Shown: positions 49,511 to 59,875, counted from the stretch's first letter. The stretch is DNA of 64,000 bases from an uncultured virus (IMG/VR IMGVR_UViG_3300031867_000012) (IMGVR_UViG_3300031867_000012); one strand, 5' to 3'. Made by a program: numbers and translations. The notes: generated from the letters alone by a model not told the origin.

Positions 49511-49802
49511 TCTCATTATAATTAGTATCATATGTGGATAATATAGGATAAAACTTATTAAATAAATTATTAGATCCCATATTTGAATCATAATCATTAT
49601 CTTCTACATAATAATAAGAATTTGAAATTTTATGAATTCCATTAATTGGTATTATTTTATCAGATAATTCTACACCATTCAGTATACTATTATGATTTAT
49701 ATAATATTGAGCCGCACTATTAACTGTTTGATTATTTTCACGACCCCCATATATGTCTAATATAGAGTTTAATTGATATTTATCTTTAATTATATTATCC
49801 AT
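49209..49802 (-). CDS. putative virion protein, paralog of the N-terminus of 44872..49194
   Basis: GVELSDKIIPING, YKLMSAKDIDFENA, INHTYDLLNTIDYLL. Confidence 0.65.
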   Translation of the reverse strand: MDNIIKDKYQLNSILDIYGGRENNQTVNSAAQYYINHNSILNGVELSDKIIPINGIHKISNSYYYVEDNDYDSNMGSNNLFNKFYPILSTYDTNYNENNYKLMSAKDIDFENAYLKYAQPSYDYDEPISYYQLSIDENSNLEIEECTTGYTYSFGRGVTSYINHTYDLLNTIDYLLNRVNCLNFLISVIKEQKNIAN

Positions 49803-51060
49803 AATTGTATCTTATATTCCAAGTATGTTTACCAATATATCTTTTAGGTGATTGATATAATCTATATACTAAATTATTATGATTAAATTCAATATAATTC
49901 CAATTATTATTTTTTATACCATTAAAATAAAAATCCATTTTAATAGAATTATATTTTACTAAAACATAATCATGGGTAAAATAATTGATATATTCATTAT
50001 CACTTTGCATTTTATATCCAATACCTAAATATTCTATTTCAGTATTATCATCTAAATACATCATATTTGATTCATTATTATCAATGAATAATTTAATACT
50101 ATCTAATACTGTATTTCCACTAGTATTTAATGAATTATTAAATGATTCATCAGAAAAATCATGATTATCAAATCCTGATACATCAGTTAAATTTATTTGT
50201 GTTAGTGCATTAACCTTTTCTGTATTAAATGGTAATATTGTATATCTCCATTTAATTGCATCTACAAATGTATAACTATAAATTATATCTTCACCATGTT
50301 TACAAACAAATGTTAAATCTTTAGTTTGATTTGTTAATGGTGCTTCAAAATTTCTTATAATATAAATTAAGTTATTATCATCTTGAACTAAATTATCTGA
50401 AAAATCTATAACTTCATCATTAAAATATATAGTTGGTGCTGTATCACCAAATTTTGATTTTTCTAATATATTATTCTTTATAAATGAAAGTTTGACTTCT
50501 GCTGAATTATTGATATTAAAATAATTATATATCAGATCAGTGGAATTATTAATATTTTCTCCATTTATATCCTTTCCACCAATAATTTCTAATTTTACAT
50601 TAGAAATATATGGAGTATTAACTGTATTTAATGATATTGTATATGAATTACTATTTGTTCTTTCAACTTTAATTTCTTTATATTCTTTAAGCCAACCATA
50701 GCTATTATATACTTTATCAATTTTATTTTCAGATGTGGTATAACTAAATTCAATATTGAATGTGTTATTACGTAAATCATTTATCTCATTTTCAATATAT
50801 GAAACAACATTATTATAAGTATTTATTAAATATGTGGCTTTATTAAAATGATTATATGAAGAAAATCCATAACCACTAGCTAAAAACAAGTTATCTAAGA
50901 AAATATTATATGAATTTGGAACTAATCCTTGTATGTGTTGATTTGGATCACTATTATCGATAATTGTTAATGCTCCATTAGTTGTAATCTGGGTAGGATT
51001 TAAATCAGTTATATAAGCAGATACCGCAACATTATTTTTATTTGCTAAAAAATTTTTCAT
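49795..51060 (-). CDS. hypothetical (putative virion) protein
   Basis: About 421 aa; likely ATG start MKNFLA at 51060. Confidence 0.65.
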   Translation of the reverse strand: MKNFLANKNNVAVSAYITDLNPTQITTNGALTIIDNSDPNQHIQGLVPNSYNIFLDNLFLASGYGFSSYNHFNKATYLINTYNNVVSYIENEINDLRNNTFNIEFSYTTSENKIDKVYNSYGWLKEYKEIKVERTNSNSYTISLNTVNTPYISNVKLEIIGGKDINGENINNSTDLIYNYFNINNSAEVKLSFIKNNILEKSKFGDTAPTIYFNDEVIDFSDNLVQDDNNLIYIIRNFEAPLTNQTKDLTFVCKHGEDIIYSYTFVDAIKWRYTILPFNTEKVNALTQINLTDVSGFDNHDFSDESFNNSLNTSGNTVLDSIKLFIDNNESNMMYLDDNTEIEYLGIGYKMQSDNEYINYFTHDYVLVKYNSIKMDFYFNGIKNNNWNYIEFNHNNLVYRLYQSPKRYIGKHTWNIRYNYG

Positions 51061-51077
51061 TTCAATTATCAATATTT

Positions 51078-54000
51078 TTATTCATTTCCTTCTGGTTGTA
51101 ATAGATTAATTGTATCAAGATAATTATTTAACGAAGAATAATTATTATTTACAGTTAATTCAATAAGATAACTTTTTGCATCTACAAATAATGAATCCTT
51201 CAAATCAAAATATACTGACTTCTTAATAGTAGATATAGGATTAGAATTATCACCTGTTGTATTATTCAAACAATATTCAAATGTTAAAGGTATTGATACA
51301 TCTTTACCAACATCTATACTCATATAATTATTTGGATTAATATCGGTATTATCTATAATAATATTATTCTTATGTATGATATCTGGGTATAAGAATGCGC
51401 CATTGAAATCTTGAATAGTATTATCTAAATAAACTTCACCGGCATTTTTGAAATCAGAGATAATATCATTCTCAGACAAATATATAACTTTATTATTTGT
51501 TACATATTTAATATCTTCGAATCTCATCAAATAATTATTACTTCCATCTTTAACATTACTATATTTATAGAAGTTATTTAATGTCTTGTTTGTATAATCA
51601 ATTTCATTGGCATCCATTAAGTTAGATAATGTATATTCTTCTATCATATATCCATTATCTATTGGTGTATATTTTAAACCTTGCCAAATATTCTTACTTA
51701 AATTAATATTGAATCCACCATGTTCTTTATATGGGTATAATATTTGTGAATTATCTTTTGACTTATAATTACTATTATTCTTTCCCCATATTAACATATC
51801 ATTAATATTTGCTTTATCTTGAATATTTTGTGAATTTTCATTCAAATATATATCTTCTTTAGTAAATGGATTATTTTGACGGAAATATACCCATTGTCCT
51901 AAATATTGTGGAGTCATTTTATCATTAACTAAAATAGGAACACGTTCATATTCTCCTATAGTTCTTGCATATGAATCTCTATTATCTTCTATAAGTGTTA
52001 TATTAGAATTACCAGGGAACATTGTATAGAATTTTACAACATTTTCACCAGTATTCTTAATAATAATTCTCATTGTCTTTTTTATAAATGAGTCTGATAT
52101 ATTAGTATCATTAATATTTATATGATTAACTGAACCTGAGAATAATTCTATAACTTGATTATCAAATTCAAGATATACACTATATTTTTTCTTTATTGAT
52201 TCATCTAAAATATCTCTATATTTTTCAATATCATTAGACATTTCAGTTAATTTATCTTTAAGTGATAATAAGTTATTTTCTGAAGTATTGAATCCTGAAT
52301 ATATTGATTCTGGCATATGGTAGAATACTTGATTACCAGATATAAACTTATTATTTACGTGTTCAGCATAACCATCATTAATAAGTGTTTTATTAAAGTT
52401 TGATGTATTAGTATCACTTGCATTTTCTTCAATAATTTCACTTATTTGAACCATTTCTTTATATTCATCTGGGAATACAAATGTTTCTTCTTCAGACCAT
52501 GGTGTATAAAGAGTTATGAATGGTTGTCCTATATTATATTTATATCTAATCTTAAATACTACTTCTTCATTTTGATTAATAGGTATATCAATTTGATTCC
52601 ATTTGATTATATTATCAGTAGCATTTTCATCAAGCCATTTTAATTCAATTGCACTTGTATATTCATTAAAATCTACATAGCGTTCTTTATCTTTAGTAGT
52701 ATATCTATTCCAATCAGTAAATGTATTAGCATTAATTGATTGCATTGCCGTTGTTGTAGAATAATTAGACTTATATTTATATTGTACATCTATACCAACA
52801 ATTACCACATTATTATAATTTGAAGATATATATTCTTCTAAAATCTTAGTATCTAATATTCCACGAATACGATATTTAAGATCTTCATCATATTTAACTA
52901 TAGATTTAGCATTAATACTATCAACAACATTACTTAATTGAGTTGTGATTTGGGTACGTTCATTATAATATTCATCAAGTTTCTTACGAATTGATAATTG
53001 TGAATTAGCTACTTCTTGAGACCAATCAGTGTTTGTCAAAGTATTATATAAATCATCAATATTCGAATTGATAGATGTTAATTTATTATTCAATTCACTT
53101 TTTTGATTATGAAGATTTATTATCTCTTGTGTTGTAGAATCATCTATTAGATGTTTATTAATAGGTACAACTTGAAGAATATCTGTTGAATTGAATGTAT
53201 TATTGACTAATTCTTTAATAGATTCAGATGTTTGTAGATCTTCAATTGTATTATATTCATATTCTGATAATAATGGATTAGTAATTTCACTAAATCCTGA
53301 AAGTATATCACCAATATTCTTACAATAAGTATTGTAATATTTCATATAAGTGATTTGGTTACCATTAGAATCTAATAAATTATTACCATATTCATCAATC
53401 ATATAGATTTGAGAAAGATCAAGTAATACACCATCTGATAATATACTTCTAACATTATTATATATTGTTCCAATAAATATAGCTATATATTGGTTTTCTT
53501 CTAAAGGTACTTGAATATAATTATAATCTTCAAAACTATGATTATTGATTGTAAAGAACATATTTTGATTTTCATTAAATGGTTGTAATGCAGTATGCCC
53601 TAAACGTTCTTCAATAATAACTTCATTAGTAGTATTATTTACATATTTAACATAATATTCTGAATTAGTATTATTCAATGATAAGTTATCACCAATTTTT
53701 AATAAGAATTTAATTGATGTATCTTCTTGATTATTATATTCAATAGTATTTAATATCAATTTATAATTAAGTACTTCTTTATCTAATTCCGAATTAAATT
53801 CTACATATGGATTTCCACTATCTAAAGTAACTATCTCTTCAATTTGGAATTTAGAATTATAAACTTCTTTTTTAAGTGGTAAATCAATTATTGAATCATA
53901 AACATTATAATCTTTTCCTTTTACATAAGAAGATAATAATGCTGCATATTGTTCATTTGTTGTTATGCCACTTTCTTTGATTATATTATATAAATTATTT

Positions 54001-54479
54001 GATGCTGTATTATAAAAAACATATTTCTTAACAAATATTTTCTCTATGTTATTTGTTAAGTTTGATATGTTCATTTTCAAATACATTTTTGGTGAAACTA
54101 AATCCTTAAAATAATTATTATCAGTAAATGATGCAACTAATTTATTATTAATGATATTTGGTATTTGTGGTGCTGTATTACTTTTCACTAAATGGAATTT
54201 ATACATATTGGCATTATTCTCAAACCATGCATCCCCACTATTTGGAATATCGAAGAAATTATTAAAACTATTTTTTATCTCATCCAATTTATTATCCAAA
54301 TATATAAACGAAGGAATTTTTGTTTCTTGCACATTACCATTGGAATCAACAATATTCAACGAAACCTGAGGAGATGCCGTTGATAAACTTTGATTCAATG
54401 ATGTGAACATATTTACACAATTATTATATAAATCAAATATTTTAATGTAATATTCTTTTAATGTATTAGTGTTATTCAT
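51078..54479 (-). CDS. large putative virion structural protein with central coiled coil (1133 aa)
   Basis: Long ORF in the structural block; heptad region EIINLHNQKSELNNKL... Confidence 0.6.
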   Translation of the reverse strand: MNNTNTLKEYYIKIFDLYNNCVNMFTSLNQSLSTASPQVSLNIVDSNGNVQETKIPSFIYLDNKLDEIKNSFNNFFDIPNSGDAWFENNANMYKFHLVKSNTAPQIPNIINNKLVASFTDNNYFKDLVSPKMYLKMNISNLTNNIEKIFVKKYVFYNTASNNLYNIIKESGITTNEQYAALLSSYVKGKDYNVYDSIIDLPLKKEVYNSKFQIEEIVTLDSGNPYVEFNSELDKEVLNYKLILNTIEYNNQEDTSIKFLLKIGDNLSLNNTNSEYYVKYVNNTTNEVIIEERLGHTALQPFNENQNMFFTINNHSFEDYNYIQVPLEENQYIAIFIGTIYNNVRSILSDGVLLDLSQIYMIDEYGNNLLDSNGNQITYMKYYNTYCKNIGDILSGFSEITNPLLSEYEYNTIEDLQTSESIKELVNNTFNSTDILQVVPINKHLIDDSTTQEIINLHNQKSELNNKLTSINSNIDDLYNTLTNTDWSQEVANSQLSIRKKLDEYYNERTQITTQLSNVVDSINAKSIVKYDEDLKYRIRGILDTKILEEYISSNYNNVVIVGIDVQYKYKSNYSTTTAMQSINANTFTDWNRYTTKDKERYVDFNEYTSAIELKWLDENATDNIIKWNQIDIPINQNEEVVFKIRYKYNIGQPFITLYTPWSEEETFVFPDEYKEMVQISEIIEENASDTNTSNFNKTLINDGYAEHVNNKFISGNQVFYHMPESIYSGFNTSENNLLSLKDKLTEMSNDIEKYRDILDESIKKKYSVYLEFDNQVIELFSGSVNHININDTNISDSFIKKTMRIIIKNTGENVVKFYTMFPGNSNITLIEDNRDSYARTIGEYERVPILVNDKMTPQYLGQWVYFRQNNPFTKEDIYLNENSQNIQDKANINDMLIWGKNNSNYKSKDNSQILYPYKEHGGFNINLSKNIWQGLKYTPIDNGYMIEEYTLSNLMDANEIDYTNKTLNNFYKYSNVKDGSNNYLMRFEDIKYVTNNKVIYLSENDIISDFKNAGEVYLDNTIQDFNGAFLYPDIIHKNNIIIDNTDINPNNYMSIDVGKDVSIPLTFEYCLNNTTGDNSNPISTIKKSVYFDLKDSLFVDAKSYLIELTVNNNYSSLNNYLDTINLLQPEGNE

Positions 54480-54487
54480 TTACTTAA

Positions 54488-55813
54488 TTAAGTATTATTT
54501 TTTGCATTTACACGCCATTTAAGTTTATTAGCCTCTATCTTGTTTTCTAATTCATCAAGTCTATTATTAAGATCAGATGTCAATTGATTGATTGAATTTT
54601 GCATATTAGTAACATTTTGAATAATATTATCAATATTTTGTACGCTTGATATATTATTTAATCTACTTTCTAATAATTCTATTCTTTTTTGTAATGATTT
54701 TATTAAAGAATCATATCTAACTAATGAATCTGTAAAATTAGTTTGATTTGCTAAGATTTCAGCAAATGTCAAATATGCTTGTTTAGTTGATTGTGAATCA
54801 TCAAAATTTTGTTGAATATCAAATGAGAACGGAAAAGCACTAAATTGTGTACTAATCAATAAAGACCAATTAGTTGAGAATTTTCCATTGATACTTAATT
54901 CAATATCATTATCAGTAAAATAAATACCTAATGGGATATTTACTTTATTATTTAATTCTATAGATGTTATATTTTCATCATCATTAGTAATATCATTTGC
55001 ATTTTTTGTATTTATGATATTAAATAATGGGATAACAATATTAAATTTAAGATTATTTTCTGATATAATAGTATTGATATTCAATTTATCTATTAATGAT
55101 TTAATATAATATACATTACTAGTTTCAGAGCCATTTTCTAATACTGAATCAATAATTGCATTTTTGATATTAGTATCTAATTTTTGTTTAGTACTAGCAG
55201 ATTCATTTTCCCAACCATGTAAGAATTCAGTATTATCAACTGTAACACTCATACCATTTTCATTTAAATATGAATCTACTTCATAATGATCATCATTAAT
55301 TTCCAATGTTACAAATTTTAATGATGGTTTTCCCCATTTATTTGGGTTAATAGTACAAATAATATCTGAATAAGTACCATTATATTGTTGTTCAACTATA
55401 TCACTAATATAATTGAATTCTACTAAACTTGATAATTCAGTATTATTTTCTATAGTATCATTTAATAGTTTTGTCTCTATTTGTATTGGAGATAATTTGT
55501 CTTCATCATTTTGAATATTTCTATTATAAGCATACCAATACATAAATGTAATCAAATAATTTAAAGGTTTTAAAATAGAAACATCATCAACACTATCCCT
55601 AAGAGTAGCTAATTTATTCTCATAATATTTTTGTAATTTTAGAATAAAATCTTCTTTATCTAAATTTTCAAGATATATACAAATAAATCTAGAAGGCCAA
55701 AGTTTATAATCTGTAGCTAAAATATCCCCAGTTAAAGCTTCAGTATAATTATTGAATGTCAAAAACTTTGAATCTTCTGAAGTATTGTAGAATATATTTG
55801 TTTTACGATTCAT
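54488..55813 (-). CDS. putative structural protein with C-terminal coiled coil
   Basis: 441 aa; SKFLTFNNYTEALTG; C-terminal heptads. Confidence 0.6.
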   Translation of the reverse strand: MNRKTNIFYNTSEDSKFLTFNNYTEALTGDILATDYKLWPSRFICIYLENLDKEDFILKLQKYYENKLATLRDSVDDVSILKPLNYLITFMYWYAYNRNIQNDEDKLSPIQIETKLLNDTIENNTELSSLVEFNYISDIVEQQYNGTYSDIICTINPNKWGKPSLKFVTLEINDDHYEVDSYLNENGMSVTVDNTEFLHGWENESASTKQKLDTNIKNAIIDSVLENGSETSNVYYIKSLIDKLNINTIISENNLKFNIVIPLFNIINTKNANDITNDDENITSIELNNKVNIPLGIYFTDNDIELSINGKFSTNWSLLISTQFSAFPFSFDIQQNFDDSQSTKQAYLTFAEILANQTNFTDSLVRYDSLIKSLQKRIELLESRLNNISSVQNIDNIIQNVTNMQNSINQLTSDLNNRLDELENKIEANKLKWRVNAKNNT

Positions 55814-55884
55814 ATTAAATAAATATATCTTTATAAATTATTTTATTAAAAATAAAAAATGATAATAACCAATAATGAATAAAA

Positions 55885-55922
55885 TTGAATTTTTTAATTA
55901 GTTTTCTATATTAAATTTATAT
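55885..55922 (+). promoter_or_regulatory. phage promoter motif, copy 7
   Basis: TTGAAT-N15-CTATATTA (lacks the downstream TGTAA) upstream of the dnaQ-like gene. Confidence 0.7.
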
Positions 55923-55945
55923 AAAAAGAGTGATAACAAAAAATT

Positions 55946-56692
55946 ATGAAGAATTTAGTAATATTTGATTTAGAAACAACAGGATTAGATAAGACAAAAG
56001 ATCAGATAATTCAATTTGCCGCTATAAAGATTGATATTGAAAGTAATAAATTAATTGATAGTAAAAACATTCTTATTCAACCAATTGGTAAATATGAGAT
56101 AAGTATATTGGCTTATTTTAAACACGGAATTACTGCTAAAGATCTATTAGATAAACCTCATCTTAAAGATGTTGCTCAAGAAATTATAGATTTTATTGGA
56201 GATAATGCAATTCTAACTTATAATGGAAATAGTTTTGATATTCCATTCTTAAAAGCAGAATTAAATAAATATGGATTTGATATAGATTTTATGAATCGTC
56301 CATGTTATGATGCATTCTTAGAGGAGAAACGTCGTAATGGAAATAATCTTGAAAGCACATATTTAAGATATAGTGGTAGAACTATGGAAGAAGCAGGTCT
56401 TAAAGCACATGATGCATTATCTGATGTTAAAGCAACTTATTCAGTATTTTGGGCACAACAAAAACATCAAGCTTATGGCCCAGAGAATATGTATGGTGAA
56501 GATAATGTTATTACTGACCAATTATTTAAAGATGAAATGAAACCTTGTTTTAATATTGGTAAGTATAGAGGTTATAGTCTTGAATATGTTATTACGAAAG
56601 ATAAAGGTTATTTAGCATGGTGTATATCAGACTCATGTAATTTTACACAATCAACAAAAGATTATATTAAACAATTTATACAAAACAATTAA
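55946..56692 (+). CDS. DnaQ/DEDDh 3'-5' exonuclease with C-terminal GKYRG domain
   Basis: FDLETTG, YNGNSFDIPFL, AHDALSDV, FNIGKYRG..GYLAW. Confidence 0.92.
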   Translation: MKNLVIFDLETTGLDKTKDQIIQFAAIKIDIESNKLIDSKNILIQPIGKYEISILAYFKHGITAKDLLDKPHLKDVAQEIIDFIGDNAILTYNGNSFDIPFLKAELNKYGFDIDFMNRPCYDAFLEEKRRNGNNLESTYLRYSGRTMEEAGLKAHDALSDVKATYSVFWAQQKHQAYGPENMYGEDNVITDQLFKDEMKPCFNIGKYRGYSLEYVITKDKGYLAWCISDSCNFTQSTKDYIKQFIQNN

Positions 56693-56694
56693 TT

Positions 56695-57147
56695 ATGTCA
56701 ATGATGGATGAAACACCTGATTATTTTATCAGGGATGGAAAAATTTTTGCACACCATAAAGGTTCAACATATTATTCAGGAGGTTTTAGAGAACATGAAC
56801 CTTCTTATGATACCCAATTATGTAATGCAAACCCATATAATATTAACAAATATCTTGAAAAATCTAGTATATATAACTATGATTCTAATAGATGGGAAAA
56901 GAAATACACATCAGATTATCATGATGCATATGGGTATGAAATATATATAGGTAGTCATGTATTATTTATGGATTGTGATGGTTCTGGTGGTTTTTTAGGT
57001 TATGTTAAAGGTGTTGTAACAGGGTTTACAAATAATTATGTAAAGATAGAAAATTTGAAATATGATAGAATTAATAGATACCATGATTTAGGTAGATGTT
57101 GTATTTTAAGAACACCACATCGTATTATTTGTATTGAGAATTTATAA
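56695..57147 (+). CDS. hypothetical protein
   Basis: 150-aa ORF. Confidence 0.75.
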   Translation: MSMMDETPDYFIRDGKIFAHHKGSTYYSGGFREHEPSYDTQLCNANPYNINKYLEKSSIYNYDSNRWEKKYTSDYHDAYGYEIYIGSHVLFMDCDGSGGFLGYVKGVVTGFTNNYVKIENLKYDRINRYHDLGRCCILRTPHRIICIENL

Positions 57148-57168
57148 ATAATTTAATAAAATATTAAT

Positions 57169-57792
57169 ATGAAAATAAATGAACTAATTAAGGCAGTTAC
57201 AAAAGATTATATGCCTATTAAAAAGAAAGTAATGGAAGCACAAAGAGAAGGTCTTTCATTATCTGTTACAGATGAACAAAGTTATTTTGAGTTAAATACT
57301 ACTCTTGAGCTTTATAAGATTCTCAAGGGAGCTTTTATGGAAGAAATCACAAAGAATAAGGAAGTTTTTCCAGTAATGTTAGCAGAAAAGCTTATTACTA
57401 CTCATCAAGAAGATGCAGAGAAGGATGGTAAGACTATTAAAGTTACAGTAGTTAATGAATCTATGGACCATCAGATTGATAATCTTCCTGAGCAGTTCCA
57501 AAGAATTGTGATTGAAAAGATGGTGAAAGCTCATAAAGAAAATCTTAATAATTATAACAAGCCTGGTTATGAGGATGCCCTTCGTAAAGAAGCTTTTGAA
57601 TTACAAGTACTTGAACAATTTTTACCTAAGGAAGCAACAAAAGAAGATATAATGACTTGGCTTAATGAAAATTATCCAAATGGTATTACTCAAAAGGAAA
57701 TGGGTCCAACTATTGGTAAGACTAAGGGAGCATTCAGCCGTGTTGATGGTAAATTAGTTGCTGAATGTGTTAGAAATATAATTCATAATTAA
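57169..57792 (+). CDS. YqeY/GatB-C-terminal-like protein with insertions
   Basis: KEAFELQVLEQFLPKEAT, QKEMGPTIG, VDGKLVAECVR. Confidence 0.8.
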   Translation: MKINELIKAVTKDYMPIKKKVMEAQREGLSLSVTDEQSYFELNTTLELYKILKGAFMEEITKNKEVFPVMLAEKLITTHQEDAEKDGKTIKVTVVNESMDHQIDNLPEQFQRIVIEKMVKAHKENLNNYNKPGYEDALRKEAFELQVLEQFLPKEATKEDIMTWLNENYPNGITQKEMGPTIGKTKGAFSRVDGKLVAECVRNIIHN

Positions 57793-57793
57793 T

Positions 57794-58000
57794 ATGACAG
57801 TATTTAATTTAATTTGTGAATTAACCCATTTTGATCCATATTGTGAAGTAAAATTACAAGATAAATCTGGTGATATATATCCATTATCATTAAATGATTT
57901 AGGATGGAATGGTAGTGGTAGTGATAGCGATAAATATAGAGATAGTAAAGCTAGATCAACAGAATTATATATAACAATAGATAAAGAAGTGGAGGATTGA
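57794..58000 (+). CDS. hypothetical protein
   Basis: 68 aa; MTVxxLIxxL..D..V small phage protein pattern. Confidence 0.7.
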   Translation: MTVFNLICELTHFDPYCEVKLQDKSGDIYPLSLNDLGWNGSGSDSDKYRDSKARSTELYITIDKEVED

Positions 58001-58359
58001 TTATGAATGATTATAAAAGTTATTTAGTAAATCATAAATATAAAGTATTTACATGTGCCCACCCAAAGAATACATTTGTAATTGATACATCAAATGGTTA
58101 TCCAGTAATGTTAACTACAAATGTAACAAAAAATACTAAATGGTCAGATATTTTTAAAGGTAATTATGAATTGGCAAACCCAGATGGTACACCAGAATAT
58201 TTATCTGTTAATGGAAAGAAATATAAATATGTTGATAGTAAATGGGCCACTAATATAATGGGTTATAAATTTGAAGCATTTAAGAATACTGATAATATTA
58301 CAAAGTGGAAATCAAAATATCAAGAAAAATTTGAACATTTTTGTAAAAAGGTATTATAA
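57997..58359 (+). CDS. hypothetical protein
   Basis: 120-aa ORF (ATG at 58003 also plausible). Confidence 0.7.
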   Translation: MIMNDYKSYLVNHKYKVFTCAHPKNTFVIDTSNGYPVMLTTNVTKNTKWSDIFKGNYELANPDGTPEYLSVNGKKYKYVDSKWATNIMGYKFEAFKNTDNITKWKSKYQEKFEHFCKKVL

Positions 58360-58360
58360 T

Positions 58361-58468
58361 ATGAGTAATTCTTTAAAAATACATATAAAAGCTATAGCTC
58401 AGGTATTTGGTATCTGGGCTATGCTTGCATTATCTTATTTTTTAATTAATTATTTTAGATATGATTAA
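58361..58468 (+). CDS. small single-TM protein (35 aa)
   Basis: MSNSLKIHIKAIAQVFGIWAMLALSYFLINYFRYD; starts 1 nt after the upstream stop. Confidence 0.55.
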   Translation: MSNSLKIHIKAIAQVFGIWAMLALSYFLINYFRYD

Positions 58469-58811
58469 AAAGAAATTAACTGTTTATGGGGATTCTGATA
58501 TTTTATATATGAATCCTGAACTTAAGAAACAATGTATAGTTGCTGTTGGTCAAGAAGATCATTATGAATTTATGGAATGTCATTTTGAAGTATGGCATAA
58601 TAAAGGTAATGCTTTATCAAATACTTTATATTGTGTTAATACATTAGGATTATTTTTCCCAATTTCCCAATTATATTGTGACCCCGTATCTGAAACAGAT
58701 TTATCAAAATTAAAAGTATGTTTATTTGACCCTAATGATCAAAAAGATAAAGAGATATTATCTGAAATATCTTGGGAATTAGAACAAGAATATAGAAAAG
58801 ATAATATTTAA
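58461..58811 (+). CDS. hypothetical protein
   Basis: 116-aa ORF. Confidence 0.7.
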   Translation: MIKKKLTVYGDSDILYMNPELKKQCIVAVGQEDHYEFMECHFEVWHNKGNALSNTLYCVNTLGLFFPISQLYCDPVSETDLSKLKVCLFDPNDQKDKEILSEISWELEQEYRKDNI

Positions 58812-58884
58812 TTTTTATTAACATAATATTTATACTTAATATTATTTATTAATTCTATTTTATATAAAACAAATATATTAAATT

Positions 58885-59697
58885 ATGTTAGATAGAAAAG
58901 AAATAATTCAAAGAGCATATGATGATTGTATGCGTGAAATGTATGCAAAATCACAACCTGAAGCTGATTATGATAATTTGCTTCAGGAATATAAAGAAGG
59001 TAAGATAGGTAAAGATGAACGTATTTATGATCGTCATTATCTATCACAAGAAGAATTTTTATATATTCGTGATAAATACAAAGATGCTTATAATTTAAGA
59101 TCACATTGGAAAAGTGATATCGAAGTTCTTGAAAATTATCTTAATAAAGGTGGTTTAAAAGATAAATATATTTCTGAGAAAAAAGATCCAGATGGTTTTG
59201 TACATCCAGGATATAGAAGTACTGAAAAAGTGCAGCCATTAAAAGAACATATTAGACAAATCATCGATAGTTATCTTGAAAATAAAGAACTTAATCAAAC
59301 TAGACAAGACTTAACAGATGATATTACATGTAAAGTTATGGAACTTATTTCAAATTGTAAAGACTTTTATAGATTTGATGTCGAAGAATCTTCATTTGAT
59401 TGTAATATTGCTTTAGGTGCTTCTCCATCTAGTTCTATGAAAAATGTTAAACAATGGTGGAAAGATAATTATGATGTTGATATTGAAATAGAAGAAAGAA
59501 ATCCTTTACTTCTTTGGGAACGAGATTATTATGGGGATGAATTTGAAGAAATAATGGAAGAAGAAGATGGCTCTGATTGGAAAGAAAAATGGGATAATAA
59601 ATGGAAAGATCAAGTTGCTAAAAAGAAAGCCGAACAAGAAAAAAGATTAGAAGAATTTAAAAACCAAATAGAACAAGAAGAAAATGGGAAGAAGTGA
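58885..59697 (+). CDS. hypothetical protein
   Basis: 270-aa charged ORF. Confidence 0.8.
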   Translation: MLDRKEIIQRAYDDCMREMYAKSQPEADYDNLLQEYKEGKIGKDERIYDRHYLSQEEFLYIRDKYKDAYNLRSHWKSDIEVLENYLNKGGLKDKYISEKKDPDGFVHPGYRSTEKVQPLKEHIRQIIDSYLENKELNQTRQDLTDDITCKVMELISNCKDFYRFDVEESSFDCNIALGASPSSSMKNVKQWWKDNYDVDIEIEERNPLLLWERDYYGDEFEEIMEEEDGSDWKEKWDNKWKDQVAKKKAEQEKRLEEFKNQIEQEENGKK

Positions 59698-59875
59698 TTT
59701 AATAACTGTAAAAGAATTTAATTCAAGAGAAGATTTATTAAAGTTTCTTAATGAATTAGATAAGAAATATAATTTAACACAAATTATTATTTCAATTGTT
59801 AAAGATGGATTTGGACGATATGAAGTTTTTTATAAAGATTATTCATTAGCTAAAAAATCAGATACATTACTATGA
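59684..59875 (+). CDS. hypothetical protein
   Basis: 63-aa ORF overlapping neighbours. Confidence 0.65.
   Translation: MGRSDLITVKEFNSREDLLKFLNELDKKYNLTQIIISIVKDGFGRYEVFYKDYSLAKKSDTLL

Noticed and set aside
11750..55860. Late promoter TATTTTTA(T/A)(A/T) motif upstream of structural genes (near 11770, 23290, 55845)
   Set aside because: Pure A/T motif cannot be distinguished from background by eye in this composition
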